Source: Bugula neritina
Taxonomy: Eukaryota > Animalia > Bryozoa
Direction of reading: 5' to 3'
Assembly (NCBI GenBank): GCA_964035545.1
Contig: OZ037768.1
Coordinates: 19,265,700 to 19,329,699, forward strand
Length of the DNA stretch: 64,000 nucleotides
Of this stretch, positions 1-16,324 are shown in pieces; within the stretch, counting starts at the first letter, position 1, and the number at the start of each line of letters is the position of its first letter. The notes below the pieces were generated by a model. The model saw only the letters and a list, made by a program, of their open reading frames with translations. It had not been told where the DNA came from and made no database searches. The position numbers were made by a program, and so were the translations under genes.

Positions 1-139
1 AAATCATACAAAGGTATACTCTCACATTATATTATGTAATTGTATGAACGGCATACTACTATATAATGTATAATTATGTTATGGGCATACTGTTACCTTA
101 TATATTTGTATTATTATTATTATAGTATTATATTATATG

Positions 140-1156
140 CAGTGCCAGCAAAAAGTATGAAATATTTCACTCGTAAACAACTTTTGAACTGTTGGTCATA
201 TTTAAACTGCCCTAGCAAGATTTAGGATTGGGTTTTTGTTGCACATTTTTATAATTTGTTATCTTATGCATTGAAAAGATGATATGTGATATAATTTTGG
301 GTCTTACATAGTGTCTATAACCCTCATTTTAAAAGGAACAGTGAAACAACATTGCTAAGCGTTCATCAATGAAAAGAGCAGTTTTAGGGCGAATGAGTCT
401 GTAAAACGCTTTAAACAGATAAAAATCCTTAAGCACTTTGCAGTATCTCAATTGAAGCTTTGTCTAAAACATTAAAAAATTAAAAATAGGCTTCTCATTT
501 CCGAGTAAAACAGCTAAACTCAAAATGATAGGCCACCTTAGGTCAGCCCACAGACACCCCGCCTGAATTGGCGTATGGTAACTGGCAAAGACCCAACCAT
601 TTCATCACCAGATGATATTTCTACACTGAATCTAACTGGAAAAGTGGCAGCTTGACCAATTAGACATCATGATCTAAGCAAATTGAAGCTCAGAGCTTAT
701 AAACTAGCTTAAGTAAGCAGCTGATGTGGGCTATAAAGAACATGGCCAACCATGTGGGTTCTGTCATAAATACAAATATTGGTCAGTTCCAGAGGTTAAG
801 ATCACAGAAAACTCTTGGTAAATAATAAAGAAGCAAATGGTTGAAACCAACCCTGAGTCACTTAGTGACTTAGTGGCAAAAATAAAAAAAAATTGATGAA
901 AAGACATACACGTGGGTACTGCGATAAGCTTGCTGAGTCCGCACCAAAACGTAATTTTAACAGGGGTCCTGGCAAAAAATACTGATTAGTGCCTACACAA
1001 AATTTGATATTGATAACATTTAAACAATATTTATTTTACTGCTTTGCTACTTTTCTTGTTGTAAAAGGTCTATGAAACTCCAAATAAACCCATATTTCTT
1101 ACAACTTGAATTGTTAGGTTTTTAATCTAATTATTCTAGACTTTTTGCCGGCACTG
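140..1156 (+). mobile_element. Degenerate Tc1/mariner-type DNA transposon in the first intron of FReD gene 1
   Basis: Inverted termini CAGTGCC(A/G)GCAAAAAGT at 140-156 and 1140-1156, with TA at the right flank. Decayed transposase motifs: a WP..SPDLNPIE-like remnant near 654-688 and YCDKLAESAPKR near 916-951. No intact ORF. Confidence 0.75.
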
Positions 1157-1184
1157 TAACTATTTTCTGGGCATATTATTACAG

Positions 1185-4752
<3,568 letters not shown>

Positions 4753-4919
4753 TGTGACAGTACTGTATATAATTATTTGATAAAAGTACTTTCTGAATTT
4801 AAAAATTTTTTCTAGCACTTTGTCCTAAACAATTTTCCTTTACTCTTTTCTTTATTATATAGACATAATAATCATTTATAAATATCTGTCTGTGGCAAAA
4901 TTTACATTTTCATGCATAT

Positions 4920-5427
4920 TGTAATGGATTTTCATCCCCTATTGTTGTGGAAAATCCTAGTAACAGTATTGTAATTGCTTGTTGCGTATCGTTTTGAATG
5001 CTATAATTATAACTAAGCGAGGTAACTTTCTGATGCCTAAGTATTGTGATTACTGTTAAAGCTTTCAGCATAATGTAATTACACTGAATACGCATTTGAA
5101 GTTATGTACCAATTTTATACTAAATTTTGTTGCCCGAAATTGGCATTTCAGAATCCTGAAATGCCAAAATGCCGAAGATTGGCATTTCGGACCTCCGATT
5201 TTCGGACAACAAAAAACTCTTTTGTTTATGTATTCTTTTGTCTTGTGTATATAAAAGCAGGCAAGTTTCCAGTGTAGTCAGTCTACCACTGGAGCTCACC
5301 TGTTGAAGACCATTCTATTACGCTACAATAAAGATTGCTACTACTGAAGGATACATTCCATCTTGTTCTCTCTTACAAAGAGTTATGCTCAGCACTTAAG
5401 TTTCATTCAACCCACAAAGTTACTACA
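4920..5427 (+). mobile_element. Solo LTR-like element
   Basis: TGTAAT...ACTACA termini, 4-bp ATAT duplication (4916-4919 / 5428-5431), TATATAAAA near 5248, AATAAA near 5327, internal hairpin TTGGCATTTCAG-AATC-CTGAAATGCCAA at 5140-5167. Confidence 0.6.
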
Positions 5428-6328
5428 ATATTTATATTATATACTAAACAATTATTTTATTCAAAGCACAGCTGTATCAACATCAATAAAACTAAAAGTT
5501 GCAGTAACTAAGATTTTAGAAACTTGTCTGATAATACATTACAATATAAAATCTGTAACTATATCACAATTATTGTAAAGCTATATTTGATGCCATTAGA
5601 ATTCAAAAACTCTAAAGAACAAAGTATGATTGCGAAACTACAAAATTTAAATATTTCTGTTGATCAAAAATTTTATATATGGTTAAACCGCCTCAGACTT
5701 ACAAAACGCACAGAAAACTGTATTTAAAAATATTCTAAAAGCTGAAATATAAACTACATAAATTGCATCTTTTTTAATCCTCTACTTTCCTAAGATAGAA
5801 TATAACCTTGCATATGTACAAATCAATGTATTGAGACAGAACAGCAAGTTTAAACTTTTCTATTAGCTTGTCAAAAGTAATGAGGTGGCAGAAAGCATCG
5901 AATGTGAAATGCATAATGCCTAAGAGCATGTCAACTTCAAAATTAATATCCTGGCAACACAATACAGTGATATTAGCAGCTCTGGTAACAGAGAGAGTGA
6001 ATGCAGAGGTGTAATATAACAAGCATTTTATCTTGTTTCTATATACTAGTGTATTACCCTTGAGGCCTATAAGTATATCACGTCCAAAAATGACTATATA
6101 TATTAGTAGTAGAGGGTTGTATAGTGATTCTGACATTGCATAGCATACAACGTCCTCAACTGGCCAGGTTTAAGCAAGAATCCCAAGTTGCTGCAAGTGC
6201 TTGCATGGTGCATATTGTGAAGCTATATATTAATAGCACAAAACGCTATGGTGACATAACTCCCATTACAACAGAACCAAAATCCTACAGTATACTAGAT
6301 CTCATGCTATAATATCAATTAAAATTGG

Positions 6329-6535
6329 GTCATTTTACTTAATTTAGTACATTCGAAATCTCCCGTTGTTAGCTATTTTTTCCAATTTAGCTGATAATTT
6401 GCATTTTGCTCAAAACTAATAGCATATCAATAAATACAACTAAATAACCAAGGTTATTTTTAATTTTGCTTAATTTCCCATGTTTTTCTTATTTATTTAG
6501 CTAGTTTGGATTTGCGGACTTTCACAGTTTTTTGT
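6329..6535 (+). repeat. Unclassified ~210-bp dispersed repeat (second copy at 34567-34781)
   Basis: Alignable by eye (GGTCATTTTACT...GTTGTTAGCTATTTTTT...TTTCCCATGTTTTT...CAGTTTTTG). Confidence 0.7.
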
Positions 6536-8050
6536 GACAGTCGCACATATACCATATTAAGCGCATATGACAATGGCCGTGCTTTAATGTTGGGGAACCC
6601 CCATTCCAGTTTTTCTGTTATGTCTAACTAGAACCAGCACATAAAAATACTGCGCATAGTAAATTTCAATAAATTTTGAACAAACTGTAATGTTAGGTCA
6701 AAATTTGCTGATGTGTTCTAAATGAAGTGAAATTACTCAAATGTATTATACACAAAATATCTAAATGCACTTTAGCTTATCATATATTAATATATGTTAA
6801 TTGTATCAGGAATCAGAAATTGTTATATACCGTATCCATAATACATAGTACATCTATTCATTACCAGAATGTTGTTATACAGGAAAATTGTATGTGTTGA
6901 ACTTTGGAAACCCGCATCATGAGCCGAGTTGTTGTCAAACCACCAACTGTTAAACATGATTCCTATCTGATGGTATATATCATATTGAAGTATTACCCAA
7001 CTTTTGATTGGCTGAGAAGCAACATGCTATGGTTTTAATCTGAACTTATGATTGGTATTCAAAGACTCAAAGTAAATGTACAACGGTGGAATTTAAGAGT
7101 GTGTATCTTGTTTTTGTGGTGTGGAAATTTCTAGTAGCTCCTATAGGTAATGGGTGGTCAGCTAGCTTAAGCAAGTTGGAGGTGTGTGGTTTGATTTTTG
7201 GTGCATGGGGCAAGAGATTTTACAGTTTCGGCATTGACGAACCCAGTATTTGAAACTCTGTAGTTAGAGATAAAAAATAAAAAGCCAATTAGTTAAAGTA
7301 CTTAATAATCGATTACATTTTTAAGGATAACTGGCGTTTTTCTATATGCAAATTAGAGAGTTAAAGAATTCTTCGTGCACTCCGTTTGCTCAAAAATTAT
7401 TTTTTTGGTTATTTGGTCGACAAATCCAAAAGCCTTTATTACTTTTATTTATAAGCTTCAACTTGTACATTTTGGGCTCACAAGTATACTGTAGATCTAC
7501 CTAACATGCACTTTGCTACACCAACTTTTTATTTTAATGCATTTTGGGCTGTCAATATTTTGCCTACAACTAATTTTTTAAATTAGGCAGATTATTCCTT
7601 CTGAAGCAACAAATCATCTGCAAATAAATTATTTTTCAATTCCACCAGTACTAGCAGCCAGCCAACTTAAGTAAAATCTAAAACTATTAATTTTACCCTA
7701 GGAATCAATTCCATAAACAAATAAATATGCAACCAGCTTTATCTAATCATCAAGATTGCAAAGTTATAAAGTTACTATGTTCATAAAAGATGTTATGAAT
7801 TGTGCTGTACAGTAATGTTTCTTTCTATTACTTTATTCACCTATAATTCACACGACATTTTAAAATACACTCTACTGCTTAAAAATCTATATAACACAAA
7901 AGATGGATTACACTGTTTCTTAAATACATATATAAAGCATAATGCCTCATCACTAATCAAATTCAATACTATATGGTAACTTGAATTAAATTTGTTCACA
8001 TTATGCCAAGTTTCTCCAAAATTGCTTGTTACTTTTTTACAAAATAAGTT

Positions 8051-8980
8051 TTAATTTGGCCTAACTGTTGGACTTTTCAATTTGAGTAAATTCATCACAT
8101 GAACACGATAACCTGGAATCATTAAGAAATACAAAATAACATTTAAAATGCTACAGAATGTCATGTAGAAAAAGAAAGTCCATTTGATATAATATTCCCA
8201 TGTCTTTGGAGCATCATCAAAACTATTGAACACTGCTGAGATCACTGCTTGACTGTATGACAAGAGAATGGCAACAGAAATTATGATAATATACTGGGCA
8301 TATCTCTTGACAGTCAGATCATCTTGTGATGGAGTTGTATTTCTTGACTGCATTTTCTTCAACTCTCTCCAAGTCTTTGATAAGCAGAAGATGGAAATGA
8401 TAAAGGCTGTTGTAATGAATCCACCAAAGACAACAACAGTCTGCTTATTGAATTCATGTGGAATAGCCCCAAATTCACTGAAGCAAGATTCGCTGGTGTC
8501 TGTGACAGTAACGACTGTCATCAGAGTCAGGCCAGTGATCCATACAATGCAGAAACAGAGCTTCATATTGCTGACTAGTTTATTGCTGCCCACAGTGAAA
8601 GGGTGACATATTGAGATGTAACGTTCATAGCTGCCGATAGCCAAGATACAAAGTCTAGCAAAAGACGAAACAGCCAATAAAATTGCAATTGTTACTAGAA
8701 AAGTCTGACTACCAACCACAGGTAAATCTACAACTAGCCGGCTCAACTCACAACTGACTGCCAGAGAGAAAGCTAAGCAGGTCACGATGTCACTGATACC
8801 AATGTTCACTATCATCCAAAAATATCCGTTTCTCTTTGACTTATCCAACTTCTTTAGAAAAAACAAGTTTGTGGTGTTGAGCACAATGCTGAAAATGTTG
8901 AGAGAGAAGAAAACTCCGCAATTAGTAGAGTCCACACAAACATCGGTTACACCAACACACAAAATGCTGTCATTGTCCAT
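8051..8980 (-). CDS. Intronless rhodopsin-like (class A) GPCR, 309 aa
   Basis: Seven hydrophobic segments; TM2 NIGISD; TM3 SYERYISICHPF (DRY-like ERY); TM7 ILNVILYFL followed by helix-8-like YR. Confidence 0.88.
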   Translation of the reverse strand: MDNDSILCVGVTDVCVDSTNCGVFFSLNIFSIVLNTTNLFFLKKLDKSKRNGYFWMIVNIGISDIVTCLAFSLAVSCELSRLVVDLPVVGSQTFLVTIAILLAVSSFARLCILAIGSYERYISICHPFTVGSNKLVSNMKLCFCIVWITGLTLMTVVTVTDTSESCFSEFGAIPHEFNKQTVVVFGGFITTAFIISIFCLSKTWRELKKMQSRNTTPSQDDLTVKRYAQYIIIISVAILLSYSQAVISAVFNSFDDAPKTWEYYIKWTFFFYMTFCSILNVILYFLMIPGYRVHVMNLLKLKSPTVRPN

Positions 8981-9837
8981 TATAAAACTTATTTTTGAGA
9001 AAATTATATTTTATCTAGATTAGCTGCTGAAGCGTTTCAAATAAATGCATCTAGTTTTTTCTTTACAATACTTGCATTGCCTGCAGGAAGATAAGAATAT
9101 CGATTTTGTTACATAATATTTCAATTAAAACAAGCTTTACTAATTTGAAATGACACGGTTATCAGTTCAATGCTCTGTTGGAACATAAAATATTTACATA
9201 TATATGCAATATTTTATAAAGAAATATTATATAGGAGTATTAGTGTACTAATACTCCTATATTTCCCATATAAGGCAGCTGACACTAATTACAGAAAACA
9301 AGCATATATATATATATATATGTATGTATATATATATATATATATATATAATGCATTTTAACCAACAGTATTGTTTTAAAACATTGCTTATGATCTAGAC
9401 TGTTTTGTTCACCCAGTTAGTCACAGAACTCTTCAAATAGTCTAGAGTTTTTACAGATTGATTAGGAAGCTTAAAACTCTCAATTTCTAAAATGATTATG
9501 TGACTACCCCTCAAAGTGTAACGAGTAAAAGATGAAATTGGAGGTTACTTCTAGACTATTTAGGTCTTTTATATTTCAATAAAAACAAATAAATAACATT
9601 AGTTCCATTCAAGATGCATCAAGGCTATTTATGCAGAATTATGTTTACATTTTTGTGTAAATTTACAACTATACATGCAGCACTTTAGCCTAACATGCTG
9701 CCAGCTGTTAGTATAAGCTTCAACAGCTATTGATTCTATTTTATGCTGGAATAGTGAAAGATGTATAATAATTATAAATGAACAAGCAATACTTCCAATA
9801 TGTATTGCTTCTATACTGCTAACTTTAAACTCAAATT

Positions 9838-9985
9838 AAAACTCCTGCAAGTTTGTTATAGTCACTATCCCTGTGCGAAACCCTGAGGGAAAGGGTTTTT
9901 TTAAAGCGAGCTGAATTTTTTTTATATGCGGCGCAAGGGCAACTATGACTCGATGCATGCTCTTCATAACATCGCCAATGGCCTC
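9838..9985 (-). mobile_element. tRNA-derived SINE, 5'-truncated copy
   Basis: Matches the body and tail of the 48397-48611 copy and abuts (TA)n. Confidence 0.7.
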
Positions 9986-10094
<109 letters not shown>

Positions 10095-10890
10095 AAGCTT
10101 TATTTTGATAACAAAAATAGTCTAATTCGGCAGTTATAGCTATAATAGCATAGGTCAGTACCAGTTGAGTACTTAATTCTATAAGCAGTTGTTGGAAAAT
10201 TCTCAACATGAATTTGGGAGAATAACTCCTTAAACAAACTAGTTGCAGACTAATGTGACATTTTTGTAGCAAAATATGCAGATTTTTAACTTGCAGTGCT
10301 TGAGCATGTAAAAAATAGATGAATAACTAAATGAATGCAATTAATGGCACATCATTATTTTTCTTTTTCTCACCTATCTCTGCTTTCTCCTGTTCGGCAA
10401 GCTGGTACATCAGTTTATCAAAAAATAAAGATAAAGAAAGAATGTTTAAAATTTGATAATGGTGCCCAAGTAGCCTTTTCTAATAAATTATATAAAATAT
10501 GATGAAGCTATTGAAATATTTACATTAATATTCTGAGGTCTCATTAAGATTTAAAACTACTTTATTGATTATTGAAACATGAGTGTTGCAACAAATGTCA
10601 CTGTATACCAACAAAATTTTAAAATCTTATAAATTATTAACAAAATCAATTAAGATAAAAGCCAATTTCAATTAACAGCTGAAAGCTTTTAGAAAAAAAA
10701 TTCAGTTTTTGCAAGACAATGTGTTTTACATTAAACTCCTGCACTCACAAACACATGAGCATGCACAACTCTGTAGCAATCCTTTTGATCCTGACATTTG
10801 GTTTCTCATCAACTATTAGCCAACGTGCATCAGCCATGTTCGAAATTAGCAGTAGCAGTGAAGGAAAAAACTTAGAGGAGTTGCTGACTT

Positions 10891-11160
10891 GGCATCATCA
10901 AATAGAGAGTAAGTATAAAGGCATCGTCAAATAGAGAGTAAGTATAAAGGCATAAACAAAGAGAGAGTAAGTATAAAGGCATAATAAAATAAAGAATAAG
11001 TAAAGGCATAATCAGATAAATTGTAAACGAGACGTGATGAAATTAAGAGTAAATAAAAACGTAGTCAAATTAAGAGTAAGTAAACACAATTATTGCAGAT
11101 CAAAAGTAAGAGGCATATAATAAGGGAGTAAGCAAAAGGATAATCTTAAGTAGAGTAACT
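10891..11160 (+). repeat. ~29-bp minisatellite built on the exon-1 splice donor of gene 2
   Basis: Unit GGCATCATCAAATAGAGAGTAAGTATAAA, three good copies followed by progressively decayed ones. Confidence 0.8.
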
Positions 11161-14100
11161 ATGGTTTTCTCTTTTAATTTATTGAAGAATATCTTTCAAG
11201 TTGATATTTTAATTGGCTTTATATTTACAGACTATCATGTCTATTAAAATAAAACATTTTAGGTTTTATAAAACTTGCAGACTTTGTCTCATCTTTCAAC
11301 AATAACAATAATTCTTGCACAATAAGAACCAAATTTTACCTTTTAGCAATTTATTAATTATCATATATCATCTTATAGGTGCGTAACCATATTATAATGA
11401 AATTATGGGTATGCTATTATATTATTTTATATATTTGTTTTGTGGTTGTACTATTATATTATATAATTGTATTGTGGATGTACAGTTATAAAATATAATA
11501 TTATATAGTTGCATTGTGGGTATGTTCTTATATTATACAATTGCACTGTGGGATATGCATTAAGTCACAGGAACACACAGATTGAATTGTGCCAGCTTTT
11601 GCTTACAAAATAGCAACTGCTTAGCATTTGCTTATGGTGAGAGTTCAGAGTTGTGCAAACTTTCTATCTGTGATGATGATGTACCAGTACTCAGTGACAG
11701 TGACAGTGATAGGGCTGGTGAGGAAAGTTGGAAAGTTGGTAAACTGGTGAGTCACGTTTTACAACCAACTTGAAAATAGAATGAAACCTACAAAACAATG
11801 TGACATTTTATAAACAACTACAACTTAAAAATATTTCTTATGATGTTATTATTACTATATTATGTTATAATATTGTTATTATATTACATGTTATTTTTTA
11901 CTTTTGTAAAATTATTTATTATTATACAACATATTTTTGCTGCGATGAAAGTAACTCAACTATCAACTAATTATATAAAAAGTGAACAATGCTAAAAAAT
12001 ATGAAATTGATTTTATAAAATTACCTATACTCTTATAGGTAATTAGTGAGCCAATGAGATGTCAGTATTTGTATGAGAGAAGGTATCAAGCTATGCATTC
12101 ATATAATATATAAAGTTTATCATTTCAGTTCTATAAGCAACAGAACGTTGCATGCTTCATATACACAATTTTTTGACTGGCAAGCCATTGTTTTAATACA
12201 AAGCAGTGAATTATAAAAATCATCTATACCCTATAGGTACCTTATAACCAATTAATATAAACATCATTGGATCGTTGGACAGTCTCATAGCACAACATAC
12301 TCAAATTATAAAATTACAGAGATATTAACATATGTATATAATAGAATCTACCTGCATGCATATTGCATTGGATAGCATAATTGAAGACAGCTGAGAAAAC
12401 AGTTTTTATGAGTTTACTGCTTGATATTGATTATTCTTAAAATTACAGATTGTCAAGAAGCATTTGAGTCTGGAGAAAGATGTCCTGGTGTCTACACACT
12501 GAGAGATCCAGATACTTCTATGGAGTTTGATGTATACTGTGAGTTTGACAGTGAACATGGCTGGACTGTAATACAGAGAAGACTAGATGGTTCTGCATGT
12601 TGACTTCTACAGAGGTTGGGATGATTATGTGGCTGGATTTGGTAACCCGTCAGGAGAATACTGGCTAGGTATGTGCAAATTACATGAAGCTAAAGTTACT
12701 AATTGTTATAATATATAACCAATTAAATTTTCAGTAGTTTTAATTCTCATCAATACAATTTATTGTATTTTTGAAAAACTATAAGAAGCCAGTTTTAATG
12801 CTTAGCATAGATAGCAATTATTCAAAGCGCAATCACAGCTCTTCAAACAATGTTTTGCATTGTTTGAAGAGCTGTATTTTGATATTTGGCTAAAATTATA
12901 TGCTGTGCTTATAGTGCTTTCCTTGTAACTCTGATTCTTTTAGCTAAAAGGTAATGAATCTTTAAGCCTTAAAGAAATCTTCATAATATTTTAGTCACAG
13001 TTACCCAATGTTCCTGTGCATATAAATTGTCACTTTTTCTACTTGTTATCTAATTTGTCATTTAAGAGGCAGATGTTACATTTTAAATGAGGTGCACTAC
13101 TATAAAACTTGCTGTAAGCTTGTTTTACCAGGTTTGGATAACATCAACTACTTGACTGCCACCAACAGAAAGTTGAGTATCTATCTGGAAGATCATGAGG
13201 GTGAAGTGAGACATGCAAACTATATTCCACTTTCAGTGTTGGGAACAGTTCTATAGACTATGTGCTTAAAGTAAGTTTTTCTAGCAATATTTAGGCAAAA
13301 TAACATATACACTATAATTAAAGTGAGTTCATATCACAATATTATAAGTTAAACTTTTAGATGGTTAGTAAGCCAACGTAACCCTATCATGCATAGTTGG
13401 TGTGATCACATCGTTGTCTAAAAAAGTTTTTCCTTAAAATGTTTTGAGTGTCAGAGTGAAACGTCATTCTTAGTAACATTTTAGTAAACTTTTGCATCAA
13501 TTTTGCTTTCACCTTTTAGTATTAGAGTGTGTTAATCAGCTCATTTCTTACTATAAACAAAATGCTTTATAGACATCCTGTCATTACTCTTTATGAAGTA
13601 GCTTTAATTGACTTATAATTTTCCAATATTACTTTTTCTACCAATCTTTATTGAATAGCTACGAGTATAGTTCATTGGATACTTATAGCAACTTTATTCA
13701 ATAAAGGGTACTGCACTGCAGACGAAGCAATAATAAGCTGGCTTTCAGCAGAAACTGTAGACTTATCCTCACAAAATGAATGTTTTGAATTCTATTGACT
13801 AAAGTAAAATTAGCTTAACTATCTTTGGTGATCACAACATTTATCATCAACTCATTCAGTATTAACTGTACCTAAATTAAAACTAACACAAGTATACAGA
13901 CTCAGTTACGTGTAATTTATATACAATATTTTTTACAGCCTATTTTAACTGAATAAAAATAGTTGATAGCTTTAGTATATAAACTTTTAGATAATCTTTT
14001 TTATTTTCAACAAAAACTTAATTTAATGACATTTTTTTATCTAAAAACCATCAAAAACTGGTCTTTTATTTTTTCTAAACAAACTGATGTCATTAATTAA

Positions 14101-14720
14101 GTTGCAAATTAATTATTCTACTAAACTTGTACTGGTGAAAAGCAGTTATAAAATTTGGATTTATATAGCTGTATATACAACACTTGCTGCATGCAGTCAA
14201 AAAATACATTTCTATGAATGATTTTATAAAGTTACACTATTACATATAATGCTTATTTTTTATTGTTTATTTTATGGTTTTCTAATATACTTATATAATG
14301 CAATGATTTGGAGATTCATATAAAAGACATCCAACAGTGAGGAATCTAAACAGTCTAAGCATACTTTTGTTAGATTTTATTATTAATAATTTTATTAAGA
14401 AAAAAATGTGATATGTCAGCACAAGGTACTGTGTGAGTTTCACTTTCATCTTCATCAACATATTATTTTGTTTGCATTCTTGTAAAACTGTTTTTTTATA
14501 GAACACGTGAAACATGCAAATTGTACTTAAAGTTTGTCTGTGTCTTTTTTATCAGTTTTCTGAATACAGCGAGGATGCTAATCACTCTCTCACTGCAAAC
14601 AATTACCCTTTCTCAACTAAGGACCGGGATAATGATGACAGTCCTACTGTTCATTGTGCTCAAACTTACGAGTGTATGTAATAACAGTAGTATACTTATA
14701 CAGCATGTAGATAGCTGTAA

Positions 14721-14723
<3 letters not shown>

Positions 14724-14764
<41 letters not shown>

Positions 14765-14930
14765 ACACGCACACACGCACACACGCACACACGCACACAC
14801 ACACACATGCAGCAGAATCAATATTTAATGATGTGACTGCCCGACTTTTTACACACACACATGCAACACACACACACATGCAACACACACACACATGCAG
14901 CACACACACGCACACACGCACACATGCAAC
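14724..14930. repeat. (CA)n-rich microsatellite (others at 47488-47600 and 63553-63596)
   Basis: Directly visible. Confidence 0.95.
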
Positions 14931-15119
14931 AGTAAATGCACTGTTATATCATTTCTTGACACTCTTAATGCCAATATTCTGATTGAATTTTTATTATAGC
15001 TTTAGTAGAATATCAATTACTATTAATAAAATAATGCTAGTTCTTTTCATTTGCACGTTTATATGGATTGATAGAAACTGTAACAAAAACCTTTCGTTCC
15101 ACAGTTTCATCCAAATATT

Positions 15120-15328
15120 AAAAACTCATTCAAGTTTATAGTCACCATCTTTGTGAGAAAACCCCTGATGAAAAGGATTTTGGCAAAATCAGGAAAAGAA
15201 CTTATTCAGATAAGGCACATGCAGGAGCAATTATGACTGAATGCTCTTCCTAACATCACCAATAGCCTTTAATTTTTGGAGTTCGAACCCATGAATTCGC
15301 ACTTACAAGTCCCTAGACCACGGCTGCT
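15120..15328 (-). mobile_element. tRNA-derived SINE copy
   Basis: Head AGCAGCCGTGGTCTAGGG and B box GGTTCGAAC on the minus strand; same body as 48397-48611. Confidence 0.78.
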
Positions 15329-16324
15329 TTATGGTAGTTCAAATACCAAGTGCATGTATTGCTAATTACTTATAGCACTTAGTATAAGTTAATCTTCACA
15401 GCTAACTTATCTAACTTCATTGCAGCTGGATGGTGGTTTCGTAGCTGTCACATGGCCAATCTGAACGGAGTTTGGTATTTACCTGGCACTTCACCCTTTG
15501 CACGAGGCATCGTATGGGAAAGCTGAAAAGGGTTTCGCTACTCCCTTAAAGCCACCACAATGATGGTTACTTAAGATGATAATACTCTGTAATTATTTAT
15601 GAAAAGTAGTGTTAAATATTACTACTAGTAAGAAGCTATAATAAGAAGCACAACTAAATCCTAGATGCTATGATAGTCTGGGGAATTGCAAGAATTGACT
15701 GAACATGGAGATGCGCTTCAAAAGGCTGTTTTTCCTATTTAAAAAATCAATATAGTGATGTTTATTTATTTGGGCCTGAGCACTACAATTTTAAGTCCTT
15801 ATATACTATGTATATTATATCAAATTTCTAAGGATTAAATGTTTTTCATACAATACCAGAAACAAAGCATATAGTGGGGGTGCCAACATGCAAAAATGGG
15901 CGGGTGGAGCACATCAATACTAACCTATATTTCTAAGGATTAAATGTTTTTCATATTCCCGAACCAAAACATCAAAGCATAATATATAATAATTATTCCA
16001 CTAGAATGATTTTCTTTTTTGAAGTTTTAGCATAAGATCAATGTCAATATTTGTCAAAAATATAATATTACTAAAGAAATTTAGTTACATTGATAATATA
16101 TCAAATATGTGACAAAGCTATTGTTTATTGTGGAGTTCTCATAAATCTCCAAGCCAACAAAACTTAATTTATGAATACATAAAAGCTTGATATGCCCATT
16201 TCCTGCTTAAAATTTCAAAATAGGAGTAAATCGTTATTTATAGTTATATATAAATTTACAAAGTTATTCAAAGATAACCATCACGTAGCTTGCATTAGGT
16301 GCAGCTGCATGCCCTTTACTAAAA

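Larger units (their letters stand above)
10755..15574 (+). pseudogene. PAN-FReD gene 2, pseudogene (closest to gene 1 in PAN, linker, C and D exons)
   Basis: Exons 10755-10908 (signal MSMHNSVAILLILTFGFSSTIS), 11571-11746, 12039-12090, 12449-12668, 13132-13270, 14556-14673, 15426-15574. Lesions: linker donor GT>CT at 12091, +4 nt CATG at 12596-12599, +2 nt near 13221, TGG>TGA at 15524-15526. Confidence 0.9.

Noticed and set aside
8268-9023. Plus-strand ORFs of 112 and 78 aa
   Set aside because: Antisense shadows of the GPCR.
10891-11160. CRISPR-like array
   Set aside because: Units are contiguous with no unique spacers, the context is eukaryotic and there are no cas genes.
14521-14982. THTHTH / CVCVCV ORFs
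   Set aside because: (CA)n repeat plus an off-frame reading of exon C of gene 2.
15524-15526. In-frame TGA as selenocysteine or readthrough
   Set aside because: It replaces a conserved Trp (TGG in the duplicate exon at 43204-43360) in a gene with several other disabling lesions.
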